This document shows positions 37,301 to 51,400 of a DNA stretch of 64,000 nt, in pieces. Under the pieces are notes generated by a model, which saw only the letters and a program-made list of their open reading frames with translations, searched no databases and was not told the DNA's origin. Position numbers and translations under genes: made by a program. Source of the DNA: Eutreptiella sp. 'Long Island Sound 2002'. Lineage: Eukaryota; Protista; Euglenida. Numbering within the stretch: position 1 is the first letter of the stretch; the number at the start of each line of letters is the position of its first letter. Where the stretch lies: contig OZ038378.1 in the NCBI GenBank assembly GCA_964036045.1, forward strand, positions 175,646,001-175,710,000. The letters run 5' to 3'.

Positions 37301-39185
37301 CTCGATTTTCAGATTTGTTTTTGAAGATTTTGAAGAAAGCAGCTAGCCCAGCTGCTTACAACAAAATGTAGTTCGGCGCTATTTTCTTCGACGCATCCCT
37401 ATGCATACTTGTTCCCACCAGTCTATGTTAGGGGACGCATTGCTGGACTGCCTCAAACAAATGGCAACCAAACCAAAAATGAACTTAAGATGAAAGTGGA
37501 CTTCCACTTTGTGTTGTACAACACAATTGGGATCAATTTGCCTTGAATTGGACCGTGTGCATGACTTACGTTGCTTCCGTACGTCAATTTCATATGGTTT
37601 CATCAACAATCATCATCTCTTGGTTCCAGTTTGACAAATCAACGAACGCCAGGAGGGCCCACGAAGAAAAGTTGGCCCACTCCTCCATCACTTGTGCCCA
37701 TTCGGACAGGAACACCTCCCATATGGGCTTCCCCCCTCGAAACTTAACCAAAGAGCACAGTTTCCAGGAGCTCCCAATTGCAGCTCACCTAGCCGGGCCG
37801 GGCAGGGAGAGAAAGGACTGGCTGATCCCAAAGGAAGACCTTTGGGCCCAAGATTGCTGGTCCCAAGCATTGCTGCATGATATGGAACACTGTTCGCAAC
37901 AGTTTGCAGCACACAGTATTTACCATCCATGTTTAACATCCTCATGTCGCGTCACCAGGGCAGGTTGTAGCCTAGGGAAGCCATGTTTTCACGCGGTCTC
38001 CCACGGGTAACTATCGTTTTCTTCCTGCAAATCTTCGTTTCGCCCTGTGGTTGTCAGGTATCTCAGTCCGTGATTTCTGTGTTTTGGATCAGATTGTTTT
38101 TTGTATTTGAGGGGCTCGCAGGTTCACCCACGTGTAACTTCTTCCACAATGTAAGCTGGCTAAAGATCAAATTCTCCTCAGTCACCTCTGCTGCAAGGAA
38201 TGGTGGTCGTGGCATGTGTAGTGGAGCAAGACAACAAATCAGCAGCAGGGTCTGACTTGGAGGATCCCCCTGTGGACTGTCCAAGAGGGGTTGCAAGCAA
38301 CATGATAAGGACAGCTGTCAGGTCCCGCCAGTCAGTCCACGAAATGTCCATTTGTCACCCAGACCAGAAACCCACCTAACACCGCAGTGATCACCCCTTT
38401 TCCTCGTCAGCCACGCCCCCTCCCCTCCCGAACTGGCAGCCCCCCCCCCCCCCGCAATTAAGGCGGTTACAACCCAGCACCAATAAATGTTTATGGGCAG
38501 TATCCTCCAACCCCTGGTCACCCTATGTGCCCTACCTGGCGCCAATTCATGTTTATGGGCAGTATCCCCCCACACACACCACACAGCATGCTGATGCGTG
38601 CAGTGGGAGCTCAGTCCGTAGCACAAGGAGGGCAACCCCCCTCCCCTGATTGGGGGACACTAGCCCCCTCCCAACCACAGGCATCTTCCTCTCGCACCAG
38701 TGCGACCTGAGTCCTCCCGCTGTGTGAGGATAGGGATGGCCCATGGAAATAGGCGGGGGGGATATGACATGGCATTCCAGCTGTCCCCCTCCCTTCCCCT
38801 TCCTGACACCACAGCGAGCTGGGCTGGGCTGTGGGGGCGAAACAGGCTTCTCTAGGGGTGGGGAGGTTTCAGCTTCCAGGCCCCCGCTGCCCAAGTGAGG
38901 TAGTGGAAAGGGGCATTGTGCGCCGCTGTGTGGTGCCCCCTTGGTGCGGTGTTTGGCATCGAAAGGACACATACACCCAACACCGTTGGTCCTCCGCCTT
39001 GCACTGTGTCCAGGTCCAGGCTCCGCACCCGGCACCTGACCAGAGCAACCCTCCTCTATTCACATGCTCTAGTCTCGGTCGCACATGCATGTCTAGACAA
39101 GAGCCCCGAATCCAGACCCCACAAACCACAGTATATGGTTACCAGAAACAGTGTACGAAGCATCCGGCAAAGTTCAATTGCGCGT

Positions 39186-39253
39186 GCACACACACACACA
39201 CACACACACACACAATATGTTTGGCACTGGTACACACACAAACACACACACAC
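39186..39253. repeat. (CA)n microsatellites
   Basis: Read directly. Confidence 0.9.
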
Positions 39254-41988
39254 AAACGTAGGACGTGACAAACAGGCACAGAGAAGGCACTGAGTGCAAA
39301 GATTCTCGTCAGGCCGACCAGACAGTCAAAAAGCAGGCATGACCATCGGCGGCTAGGCGCCTTTCTATAGGTGGAAGAGGATGAAATTCACCAGCAGCTC
39401 ACCCCGTAGTGATGGCTGTGAACACACATACACACGCGCGCGCGCACGTGCGCGCGCGCGCACTTAGCTCTTTGGTTGTTGCCACACAGTGTTTGTCTGT
39501 GCATCTGCTCGTGCTGATACACATACTTGGGCACAACTCTGTGACAGCACAAAGCACAAAAATGGGCTGTGCAGTTCTAATCTTCTCTTGTTGATGTGTT
39601 CAATGCTGGAGGTGTGTGTTGGTTACGTACAATGCTGGAGACTGCCCCCCAAGCAGTGATCAGGTGTGACCTTGCAGTACACACACTAGTCCAAAAACCT
39701 TGGCAGGCATTACCACACCCAACCTGAACATGCCCCTTTCGATGTGTGCGGAAGCGACACCTTGCTTCAGCTAAAGACACAAGGGGGCGTTTTTCCTTTT
39801 TGGACCAAGTGGTATGTATTGGCGAGACACCAAATGCGCCTGCAGAAAAGATTTTTCAGCGCCACAATGTCTGCCTCAAAACCAGCATGTGCAGGGAATG
39901 CAACATCCACCCCTCCCTCCCCCTCCTGATCCCCTACCAAGGGCTCAGCCGGAAACAGTCCCTCACGTACCCCCAGCCCCTCCCTAGACCCCTGCACCAT
40001 TCAGGCGGTTGTTGTCAGGCAGTCGAACAGAGAGCCCCCCAGGCCTGGCCAACCTCCTTGACCAATGAACAACTGAAGAAACCGGCGGTGAGCTGCCTCA
40101 CGGGGATGTTTTCTTGGTTTTGTTGAGCGGCCGCTCTTTTCGGAACTCACGGAGCTTTCTGTTGGCCCCAAGCACTGGCTGCCCCGTTGCACCAGGGATG
40201 CTTTGTGCTGAGTCCGGCCAGGCCCAGTGGCAGTGACTGGTGGTGAATCAGACGTTGGTATCTCACAGTTGCACGGTCATGGATGCCTGTGGGTCGATGT
40301 ATTATGGCAGCCATCTGTTGACAAAAGCCTTTTGGGTATCCAATTGAAGTTTCCAATTGAAATTGATGAATACCGCATGTCCCTATTTGCGACCCTAACA
40401 ATCGGAAACAGTCCACGAAAAAAAGCACCCTAAAATGGGTGCCAAATAATTTCGGTTCCAGAACAAACAGGGTCTCAACGGAGCGGTGGAGCTTGTACAA
40501 AGCGTAGCTTGCAGGCAGCTTAGGCCCATCACAATAACCTGTCAAGGGGGCAGTCATCCCAGCAGGCTAGTCCCCAAGCCCAAACAAAACATCTCTAACT
40601 TGACTTGAAATGTGCTGAAAGGCGTATGGGTTGCCTTTTGCGATCAGAAACTGGTTATGAACGATTTTCTTTGCCGCTAGATCAAGAATTGGAGGATCAA
40701 AATCAAATACACAAAACTTTGACATGCGTAGCACCGAAGCCCAAGGCCACTGTTTCGGCTCACCCTGTCTATTTCTCCGTTGGCCAGGGACTACAACGGC
40801 ACAGCGGCCGGTGGGAACAGACACACAGAGGGAAGTCGTAGCTCCGTTGAAACCACGTGGCGTTGGGGAGGGGTGTGTGGATGAGGGTGTATATATCCTG
40901 TACAATATATGCATAAAAAAGTGCCCATTTATCTACACACCCCTTCCCAACGCCACATGGCTCCAACACATGGTCCCAAAGTGGCCACCAGATGACATGG
41001 CTCAAGACAAAAGCGAAGACATAGGAAAGTGGCACAGGTAATGGCAGACTACGCCAAACGGGAATTCTAGAGGCCATGGTGGGTGGCATTTGGCTGGGTC
41101 AAGCAGGTCATCTGGCCATGGCAAGGGTAAAGGGCACAGGTTGGGTCGTAAGAGTACAGTGGCTGAGATATGGATGGGGCATCGTGCTCTTAACACGGTG
41201 GAGGCTGGCCCCCAGACGGACCTCAAAGAGATCCCAGACCAAGCAACCAGGAGCCTCTAGTTCGGGAACCGGTTCAGGGTTCCAGGGAATTGTTCACATT
41301 GTTTGTCCACAGACGGTGAGGAAACGCATGTTTAGTGGATCAGAGTGGGACTGTAGTCCCTCTACTTACAGATGCTGCTCCAAGCCCCTTGGCGTCCCTC
41401 CCATGCTGGTGCAGGCATGCTTCACACGACGTCTTTTGCGAGAGCATGAAGATTGGCGGGCGCTCACCAGCAAAGATGGTGTGGGAAATGTAACACAGGG
41501 CCAGGGGGCTCGGGATCACGCAGTGTTTCCCACAAGGGGGGCGGCCTGTTCAAATTCTACACCCCAACCAGGTGCGAAAACTTTTGGGGGTCTGGAGGGG
41601 GGGAGGTTTGGCACAAGGTCTCGGTATCTGATTGTTTGCCTTTGGTGGCGCCTATTGGCCTTTCGCCACTGCTCATTCTGACCCTCTGTTGGCCCGAACG
41701 TGTTTTGGTTGTGTCAACGGAGCCCCTGGATGACTTGTCCTGTTTGACTACTCCATGGTCCGCTGTCCCGGAGACGGGCTGTTGCCCGTGCCGTTGACCA
41801 GGTGCATCCAGGTGCACACTCCGAGTCCATGCTGGGTTTGCCGACTCCAGCACTGACTTGAGCGTGCTGGGGTGTGCATCTGCAGGATAATTTTCCTGAC
41901 AGGGGCTTCTAACCCCTGTCAGGAGTGGGGGGGGAGGGGAGGTGGGTCGGCCGGTCAGCCGCTGGGGTCCCTAGAGGGGTCAGTGGGT

Positions 41989-42057
41989 ACCCCAACATAC
42001 ATACCTCAAAATGATCCGCATGACGCATTGATCATTTTGAACACACACAAATGGGGT
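41989..42057. repeat. MITE-like palindromic hairpin (family B)
   Basis: tacctcaaaatgatc-cgcatgacgcatt-gatcattttga, matching 3994-4062. Confidence 0.8.
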
Positions 42058-45000
42058 AAAAAAGTTTTTGGGAAAAAAAATTGCCCATTAGCTCAGGCTC
42101 CCATCAGCCAAGGTCAGACCCGGAGGTCAGGTCAGGGGTAAAAAATTTTCTGTGTTTTTCAAACATTTTTGATTGCTCCACAAAATTCTGAGTATTTTGA
42201 GTATAGACACATAGGGTGGAAAAAAAAAATACCCCCTCAGGAAGTGCAAAAAAAAAAATTCGGCGCCTTTGGCGCCGACCCTTTCCCCTAAAATCTCAAA
42301 TTGGAGAGAAACGGGTTCGAAAGCTTTGGGGGGGTCCGGAGGGGGGGGGGGGGGTCTAGAATTCGAACAGGCCGCCCCCCTTGGTCCCCATCAGTGGTGC
42401 GCAGCGCAGTGCAATTGGCGGCGTAGGAAACACCTGGGGCTGAACAACGGACCGTTCTGAGCCCCACCCAAAATGAAGCATTTCAGGGCCGATTCTCTTG
42501 TGGTCGCAGGAGCCCTTTCTCAAACTCCCTCCCCCTCATTTTCGGGGGCCGTGCCCCGCCCCATTGCCCCGACAACAGCCTTGTCTTGTGCCTGCATGCG
42601 CTGCCGTGGGGCCGACAGACAGGGAACAGGCCTCATGACCGGACTTCAGGCACAGCAGTTCCAGTCGCATTGGGCAGGCGCTGGAGCTTCGACCGTGGGG
42701 AAGTTGACTCACAGAGTCACAATGCTGTACCCCCCCCCCCCCCTCCAACATACACCACCCTAGTCCCACCGAAAATTCTATTGCCTTCGGCAGTGCACCT
42801 CGAAGAGAGGCTGACAGTCAGCCCATCAGTCAGTTAGTCAGGCGAGCAGTCAGTCAGACAGTCAGTCGGGCAAGCAGGCAGGCAGACAGAAACACACAGT
42901 TTGGGTTTTTTCAGTGGCAGACTTGGCTTCAAGCTGTGGGGTGCATAGATTCCGCCAGAACAAGCAACGGTTGAACGGTAATGCACCCGACCGCAGATGT
43001 GTAGGTCGGCGGTTCAAATTCGGTCGGCCGACCGTCGGCGGCGCCGGCCGACCGATCATCGCTGCCCAATCTGACCCACGTTCAAACCCCACTGAGCACA
43101 AACTTCTGAGCACAAACTTTTCACCCCCCCCACAAAAAAAGTGATATCCAGTTTCAGGGGATAGAGGCCTCAGAATCAAAAAATCCATTGGGGGATTGTC
43201 TTACTGGGCAAAATAATGATTTTGCAAGGGAGTGTATATCAAATACCATGCCTTGGGGTATGCTACGCGAATGACCCCCAAAAAGGGGGGGTATACGACA
43301 CCCGCGCCTGCACTTGATCTAACAACCTCTCTTCGAGGTGATTTGATCCCGGACATTCTTGGACATCAGTCAAAGATGGAACATGGGGCGGGGTATGACA
43401 CCATGGAGCAGGGGGAGAGGTTGTCTGAGACCCAAATGTTTGTCTATCAAAAATAGCCCATAAATTTTCCAGCACCAAACGATTTTTCCCCGGAGGCTTT
43501 TTCTGTCAGACCCTGGGGATCGGAGGTTGAACCTGGGGGGGGGGGGGGTGAAGATTTTCATCCCAAAGCATCACTGCCTCTGGCCATCGGATCCAGCAGG
43601 CCATGTGTGACGCACACATATGCAAACATCATGAGGCTGATATTGCATAGTCCCTGGGCTCGCTTTGACTTCACAGCGGACAGCACTGGCGAGTTGGTCA
43701 GTTGAGGTTCCTCCACCGATCCTTGCAACCCACGGCACCTCTTTTTTCAAGCAGCTCATGGGTCTTGCATATGTCTGTCCATTTGCCAACCCCATGCCTG
43801 AGCAGAGCCGATGCAGAGAACCAGGGATGAAAGGAAAACAGCACACATCACACTCAACAGCCTTACCATCACCCTTACCATCACACTCACTCACACCCAC
43901 CGCCACAGCCACACCAACAACCAACACTCACATTTACACTCCTTCTCATACTCATGACCAATACACACAATCACAATCACACACTCAAGACTCGCTATTA
44001 CCCCCAGATGGACACTCACATTGACTTTTTCACCACTCAGCACTCATACCCCCACATTCACACACTCACACACGCACACACTCAGAAGAGTTTCAGCACA
44101 GCATGCACACAGTGCCTGCTGTTGGCGTCCCTGTACCAACCGTCAACCTCAGAACCAGCCATCGACTACAACTTATAGAATGTCCAGGTCAAAAATGTAG
44201 CTGAACATCACACAACCCCACGTCTACAAACTTGATATAGATCCGCATCATCGACCTCCTCAGCAACGGAGCAGGTTGTTCCTCACCGCAAACAGAGAAA
44301 GAAATAGGTTGTCAAAATCTTGCAGCCACAACACATGGCATTCTACCTACTGCTGAGGAGGTCCCAAAAGATTTTGGCTGTGGAGACTCCAAACAGCATG
44401 ACAAGTATGCCAAAAGAGGTAGATTCCATACAGCACCACCAATTCACCGTCTTCACCCCATCTTGGCAATACTCCAACTTGAAGTAGCCGCTGCTCTGTG
44501 CACTTGTGCACTTTGCAACCACCGTGGCTAGAACTCAGAGCCAGTTGCAGGAGCTGCAGAAACCACCATCCCTCATAAATCCGTAATGTGTATGAGAAGC
44601 GGGCCTAGGAATGGAGATACAATAAATCTGAGGCAAAGTGGCCCCAAAAACACCTCAAGAAACATTGCCATCAGATGGGGCAGCACTCAACAGCAATTGT
44701 GTCCATTTTACTCCAAAGGTTACAGAGCACAGCTTTTGGTAGCACCTTTGCACAGAAATATGATAAATATGGTGGCAGCAATACACAGTCATGCAGCAAA
44801 AGCCCCCCACCCCACCCGCAAGACAAGGGTTGCTCCAGCAATCTTCTATTGCCTGTCCTGGAAATCAATTCCAGAAAGGGGGTGGCAGGTTTAAGGTCAA
44901 GGATTTTGGAAAATAATTCACCCATGTTCAGGGGGCAGGTAACAAGTAAAAAAGCCAATAATCAATTATTGGCTTAGGGGGGGAGCAGGTTGGGGAAAAT

Positions 45001-45152
45001 ACCCAAAAAAAAATCTTCTGCGCTTCGCGCAAACATCACACTACTTCTTTTTTTTACCAACATAAGGCAGCCGCAGCTGCGGCCACAACGTCCAAGGGGG
45101 CAGTGTATACTATTATGAGTCTGGGTGAAAGGCAGGCAGGTAATTCAATTAA

Positions 45153-45357
45153 TCAATTCCTGCAGGGGGGCAGGTAATACAAGATTGCTGCAGTAAAGAC
45201 CGCCATCTGGGTGGCATGTTCAGAATCTGATTTGGTGTATTGTCTTTTTGTTGCAACTAGAGCAAGCAATTGCGCAGAGTGAGCCTTGTGTAATTCAGGA
45301 CCTGAGGCAAACTCTTCAGTCAACTTCTTCCAGTCACAGTGTGCACCATTGGTGAAT
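45153..45357 (-). CDS. Probable continuation exon of a Myb-like domain
   Basis: FTNGAHCDWKKLTEEF supplies the second conserved Trp expected after helix 1; the acceptor would be non-canonical (tgg|). Confidence 0.4.
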
Positions 45358-45648
45358 CCAATTGAGCAATGGAAAATACATTTAATCTCTTGGTGTGCTG
45401 GCCACAACACGGTGACCGACTCATGTGCAAATTTGCTATCTTTTGTAGGCCTACTTACACTTGGTATTGGTCACATTGGTTGCACAAGCAGGTCTGCATG
45501 CCATTTCCTGCCAAAAATTAGAACAGAAAGAAAGAAAAGAAAGTTGCATGGGATACTCAGCAAATGGCATGCAAATTGCAATGGCAAAGGCAGGAGGGCA
45601 GTTTGGGGGGGGGGGGGGGAGAAGAGAAGGGGGTTCAGACATGCAGAC

Positions 45649-45783
45649 CGTTTGGCACCAATTTTCAGTAATCTGTCCTCTTCTTCCGTCCACGGCCTTC
45701 GTTTCTGCTTTGAAGGTGGGGCCGCTACATTCTTTGCCCTCGCTTTCTTGGCCCTGCGGTGTTGGGGTGCAAGATGTGCACCT
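45649..45783 (-). CDS. Exon with a basic region and the first helix of a Myb/SANT (TRF-like) domain
   Basis: Pyrimidine tract plus tttgcag| acceptor; KQKRRPWTEEEDRLLKIGAKR; CG|gt donor; 135 nt, phase 2-2. Confidence 0.6.
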
Positions 45784-47559
45784 CTGCAAAGCATTGAAAA
45801 CAGGAAGCGGAAATCAGGAAAGCACCGCCGCATGTTCCAGCGTTTGCCTATTTTGAGGTGTTGGCACCCCCATGAACATTCACCAACAACTCGAAGTGTG
45901 GTGCACAGTATTATCATGACCCATGAGTTTGCCCTTTGCTTATTGGGCTGTGGCATTCTTGGGTCAAGGCTACATCAACTCCTTGTTCGTGCAGAGCGGG
46001 CTTGGGCAGCAAAAGAGGCTCTGGTGTACGGTGCACCCAGCCCAGCAGTTGGAGGGTAGCACACAGCGGTTGGAAGGTAGGCAACGGTTGGAGGGCAACC
46101 AAGGCAGATGAAGGACAACCGATGCCAGTTGGAGAGCAACCGTGCGCGAAAATAGTTGCTGGGTTGGGTGTCGTGCCAGGAACCAAGAGCAATTCCTGTT
46201 GATCTGAAAATGCTGACGAGGAGGAGGAGTATTCAAATGGATGCAGACGGGGATCACAATAATGGTGTCGCACAACCTGCATACGATGATGGCAATAGCC
46301 GTGTCTACTGCTGACCATGCTACTTTCTGCTGCTCCATGGTCCCCTGCTTGGGCAGTGGATTTGGCGCTGGGCAAGCAATGCACCGTTCCCACTCTGCGT
46401 GAGGGGAGGCCAGCACAACCCAAAAGGAACCAGGAGATGACCAGGACTATTGCAGATTGTTTACAACAGGCAGCAGGCGGCAGACTTGGTGTGCAAGAAC
46501 TTGACAAGAAGAAAATCGAAACCAGGCAAAACGCAAAATCCCATGGAAAGCTTCAAAACTGAGCTACTACAAACACCCGATGCCTCAGACAGTAACACCA
46601 CTCGTCAGTAGGTTCTGCAACTGACATCAGAAGGCAAAAGGGTCAGAAAAACCCTGCCAAATGGTGAGGAGTACCAACTGGCTATCCATCAATACAAAAG
46701 CACCAACATAGTGACATCACCATGCATAGTGGCAAATCTAGGGTGCTGCAGCATGCTGCGGCATGTTCAAAATCCCCACCAGCGGGCAAAAATCGAGTGA
46801 TGCGGCATGCTGTGGCGTGCTTCAACTGTTGGTGCTGGTGCGCAAGACACAGATGTGCAAGACAGTAGCAAACCTGCTGTCGCTGTCAGAGACCCCCGCC
46901 TGATAAGATGTCCGCTTATGGCATTCTCTGCCATGTCTGGATGTGCAGTAAGTGTCATCATTCTCGGCCTCATCGCCAGTATCCTCGACCTATGCACCAG
47001 TGATCGATGATGAGTGAATGCTTTCAGAGAGCAGCTTTGGCACCAGCACTCACCTGGGACCATTGGAGCGCATAATTGTGCACAAGTCTGAACAACTTTC
47101 TACAACCCTCTACAATCCTCTCTACAACCCCATGCTGTAATATTGTGGGCTTCGGCATTATCCTCTGCTATCACCGAAGTCACCATACGTCACACCAATT
47201 CCACCACAGCGAATCCAGAAGGTTCAAGTGACTGCACCTCCCTACGGCACAGGCAACACATACAAGAAGAACATGACAAGAACAATGTAGTGCAAAGCCA
47301 AGTCGTGTGCGCACATGAAGTGATCCAACGTCACATCCACAACCAAATGGAAAGTAATGAGAGAAATCACATCACAGACAGTGCTGCCTCGATAAGGGAG
47401 AGCAGCAGTCTTTCACGATCATCATTAGTTATTACTACTTGCTACTCCTGATTGCAAGTTTCCCGTTCGTGACTTTTTGTGACGTTTTTCGTTTTTTGAC
47501 TACTTGCGCAACGATGAAAGATTTGCCTACTCTACATGTTCCTTTCAGGTGTTTCACGC

Positions 47560-48453
47560 CTTAGGCCTCAGCCAGATGGCGTATGGACTGCCACTATTCT
47601 TGTCCTCCAGTGCAAGAGTGAAGAAGGTCACAGATATTGTTTTCGCTACAAAATGCCTGCAATCTCGAGAATACAATTCTAATTTCCAAGGCTTTTTCAA
47701 CGAATACAATCACAATCTCCTCCTTTTGCACATTGATTGAATATTTCGCAGAGTGCTTTGCACGGACCGGAGTTATTTTTGTCCTACCTTGCTGGCCCTG
47801 GCGCCTAGCAAGCTTTCAAAGGACAATGAAGAAGAACAAGTGTAGGTATGATTTGACACAGTGGTCCTTCGAGTCATGTTACCAAGAGCACACTGTTCAG
47901 GGCATTGTGTCCAATGCCATGTTTTGCACGCAGTATCCCCCACGACATAGGCTATCTTCTAAGATTGAATGGGGCGTTTGAGAACAGTGCGGGTGCACAC
48001 TATATGAAGCTTGTGGTGTTTGGTGCGTCGTTTTATTTTGACCAACCCCAGAAGTACTTCATTAAGGTGATGCCGTGCAGCTTGAATCCTTCCTGTTGCA
48101 GTGAAATATGACAGACAACGTCGAAGCTGGGGTTGATTTTTTTTTGGATGTTGATGACGCACAGCAAAATGATGAATTTGTTGTGGATGACTTCTGGGAA
48201 CGAGACACAGATGGGGAAGAGGAGGTTTGCAGCTTCAGTTAAGCCTCAAGTGGTGAGGATGACAGTGAGGACAACAATATACAGGCCTTGGGCCAAAAAT
48301 CTGAAGTCGCAGGTGATGTTACGAGATGTTGCTTCCACCCAAGTTGCTGGTGCCGATGTTGCTGCTGGCGAGGCTGGTGGTGGGGATGCTGCTGCTGAGG
48401 TTTCTGGTGATGCTACAGGTGCTGTTGCATTTGATGAAAATGACGCTGCTTGA
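47560..48453 (+). pseudogene. Disrupted ORF relic with an acidic C-terminal part; possible retroelement methyltransferase-like piece
   Basis: TDIVFAT and GVIFVLPCWPW followed by a D/E-rich stretch; multiple stops and frameshifts. Confidence 0.3.
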
Positions 48454-51400
48454 GAGCCAGAAGGTGCTGATATACGGCTTCAAGAAACGATGTGGTTGTT
48501 CAACACAGTGACACAATGAAAACAACGTGGGTGCACAGCACCTTCATACATCAAAAAACGCATTTTGACCATGCACAGCAAAACACTTCAACGGTTGAGA
48601 GACATGTTATTTCTAAGCGATTGAATGGCGCTGGAAGCCTGTGCGTCTTGTGACTTGGAACTCCAAACTAAGAAGATGCATTCTGTTGTTTTATTGTGGT
48701 CACGTCTTGTTTTAAGGGGGAGGGAGGGCGGGAGCCAATGCCGTCGCTGGGCCTGTCCGTGGTGCGAGGTTCCAGCCATGACAGCCTGACGCCAGAGACT
48801 GGTCCCACGCATCCTGATGTTGCTGTGTATGCGAAGTCTCCGTTGTTTTTTGGCTGTGTCTCTTTTGAATATCTGCTGTGTCAGGCCGACTGGCGCCAGG
48901 TCTCCCGCTGCCTGGCACACAGATGTTGCCCCCGCCTGGATCGATTAGATGACCCTCAACCGCTCTGCAGATGCAGAGAGGAAAACCCACATCCTCCCAT
49001 CCGGAGCGGGGCTTTGGTGCTGCCGCAAGTGAACACTGGGGGCAGCAAGAGCTCAACCTCGATTTCTTTGCTCGCATGGCTTGCAGCAGGGGGCCTCTTT
49101 GGAGGCTGGTCGGTGTTTTCTGCGGAACAAAATGCATAAACGAAAGGTAACAGCTCAATCCATTTCCGGGGGTTCCATCCGGCGACGTGAGGCAGACACA
49201 GCGACGTCAGGCAAACGGAGGGCTACGGCGCACCGTAACAACCGGTTTGGATGACGGTTCGTAAGTCTTCTCGTTTCCGATGAAAAACTTGAGAAGGATG
49301 TATTATGAGATGACCTGAACCTTTGCTGTGTCGCTGGATGCTGGAGAGCCATGGCAACTCTGACCATGTGTCATCGCAGTCTTACGGCCCATGCTTGTCA
49401 CGTGTTGCTCATGTGATGGACGTCGTCGTCCATACACCCAACCTGCGGTGCACCTGACAGTCCCCGCCTCATGCAATTCCCCTCTGGCCTCCACATCCCC
49501 TTCATATACACCTTCCCTCACCTCCGCCGCATGCACCTGCCACCTCCCTAACCCCGCCGGATGCCCCTCCAGCGATCTCGAGTGGGTCCAGATCACATTC
49601 CCGATCCGGCGTCTTCAGGCCTTTTGATGGTCCTTGGGAAGGCCATCTGTGAGCTGCCATCCAGCCCGAGCATGAGACCCCGAACAAAACCTAATATGGA
49701 ACGATCTTCGCGATCCACACCGGGAAATTCCCGTGGTACAAGGGGGGGGGGGGGGATGCGCCCGGGGATAAGTCGCCAGGGAGGGATTTCACCGCCCCTT
49801 AGAATCCCCGGAACGAAAAATGCCATACGCCCCAATAGGGGAACCCCCAGTCCCTTCACCCACAAGATATCGGCAGGGGAGGGGCCGCACGAGGGGCAAA
49901 GAGTGGCAAAAGAGCACAGGCGAAAGGCAGGGAAACAGAGGCACAGTCATTGAGATAAGTGGGGCACAGCACAGGAGAAGAGACGCAACTGATGAGACAC
50001 AGAACCAAGTGGTCACACAGGAGGGCAGAGGGCAGAGGAGACGAGATTCCCAATTTCTCGGAGGAGGAGGAGGGGGTGGGGCAGGGGTCTGTGGGGTCCG
50101 GCCGACGGGCGGGCAGTAGGGCAATTTTCTTCCTTGTGTTGTTGATGCATTTTTGAAATCTCTGCCGCAGTGTGAGCATTCTGATCAGACAATAGTGCGG
50201 GAAATAACAATTTTATAATATTTGTACATATTTTGTCAGTCGATCGTGCAGTTGTGCGTGGTCCAGGCAGCCTCAGGCAGGTTCGAGGGGTGGGGGTGTC
50301 AAAATTTTTTGGATGCGTGCTTTGGTTCGCCATGAAGTTCCAGGCATTTTGAGTATACAGAAGCGGGGTTTTGAGCACCTTCCACAGGCGGAAAAACAAA
50401 ATTCCGGCGCCTTCGGCGTCAAAGTTTGCCAAATCGCAACAAGATCCCAAAGGGGTTGGCGTACAGGACCTGGGACCAACGCTCTTGGAGCATAAAAGTG
50501 GTCATCGGTAGATGGCAAATGCCGGTTTGTTGTCCCAGGGGTGGCCATCCTACGCATGCCTTTGAGAATTCCCACTCACGTCCCCCATCCCCGGAACACC
50601 CCCATCCGCCAAAGAACCGGACCCAGCGACATCCAGAGGACGAGGGTTGAAGCGTTGGGGGTTGGGAGGATGGCAAGATCAGACATACCACGGAGGCATC
50701 CTGAAAGCAGTGCGACTAGTGGCTTGTGGCATTGCCGTGCACAACACGAGTCACAGAGAACAGGCATACGCTTTCACACACCCCCCCCCCGCCCTCCACA
50801 TGCACTGAATTTTAAATGGCCCCAACAACAACCTTGACAACCCCCACAGCGCGAGTGTGTACCTCTCCGATTGTGTGCGGCGTTCGTGTTTCCCCTTTGC
50901 TCTTCCGCCATTGCTGATTGCAGTGGGCCCTCGCCAACCGCGGCCACTCCCCCCTCCTGCCGTGCCACGGCTGGCAATCGCACTGCAGGGACACGTTTGC
51001 ATACCGAAAATTGGCGTCAAATCTCCTGGATGGAGGACCTTGCGTCGGCTGCTGCTGGCGCTGTCTGTGGAGAGACGCGTGCACGGGAGTTTGCTGTGGC
51101 ACATTGCATGAAATCGCCAGGCTATGGCCCCCTTGCAGAGACTGTATTTCACGAGGGGTCACCTTTCATGACACCACTCTCCCGCTGACGACCCAGAGAT
51201 GCATCTCGTTTGTGCAGAGGATAAACCATAACGGCATACCCTTCGCACCCCTCCGTCTCCATTCCTCCCTTTGCTCCTGCGCCCACTTCTGTCTGCCTCC
51301 TCTTTGCCGCACCTTCTCGCCTTGTCGATTGTGTCGGTTGTGGACCCACCCCCCCTTTTGTCCAAACAAGGGCCCTGTCCAAACAAGAAACGCGTTCTTC

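Noticed and set aside
42185-42230. Spliced-leader RNA gene (gtgtctat and T-run on the minus strand)
   Set aside because: Only an 8-nt match in the wrong order; it belongs to the ttttgagtata repeat family.
44180-44600. Cys-rich zinc-finger-like relic on the minus strand
   Set aside because: Several stops and no consistent ligand spacing; too weak to call.
45491-45649. Euglenid nonconventional intron defined by the ggtctgcatg/catgcagacc inverted repeat
   Set aside because: The CTG/CAG order is opposite to the euglenid consensus, and the resulting join does not restore the Myb pattern.
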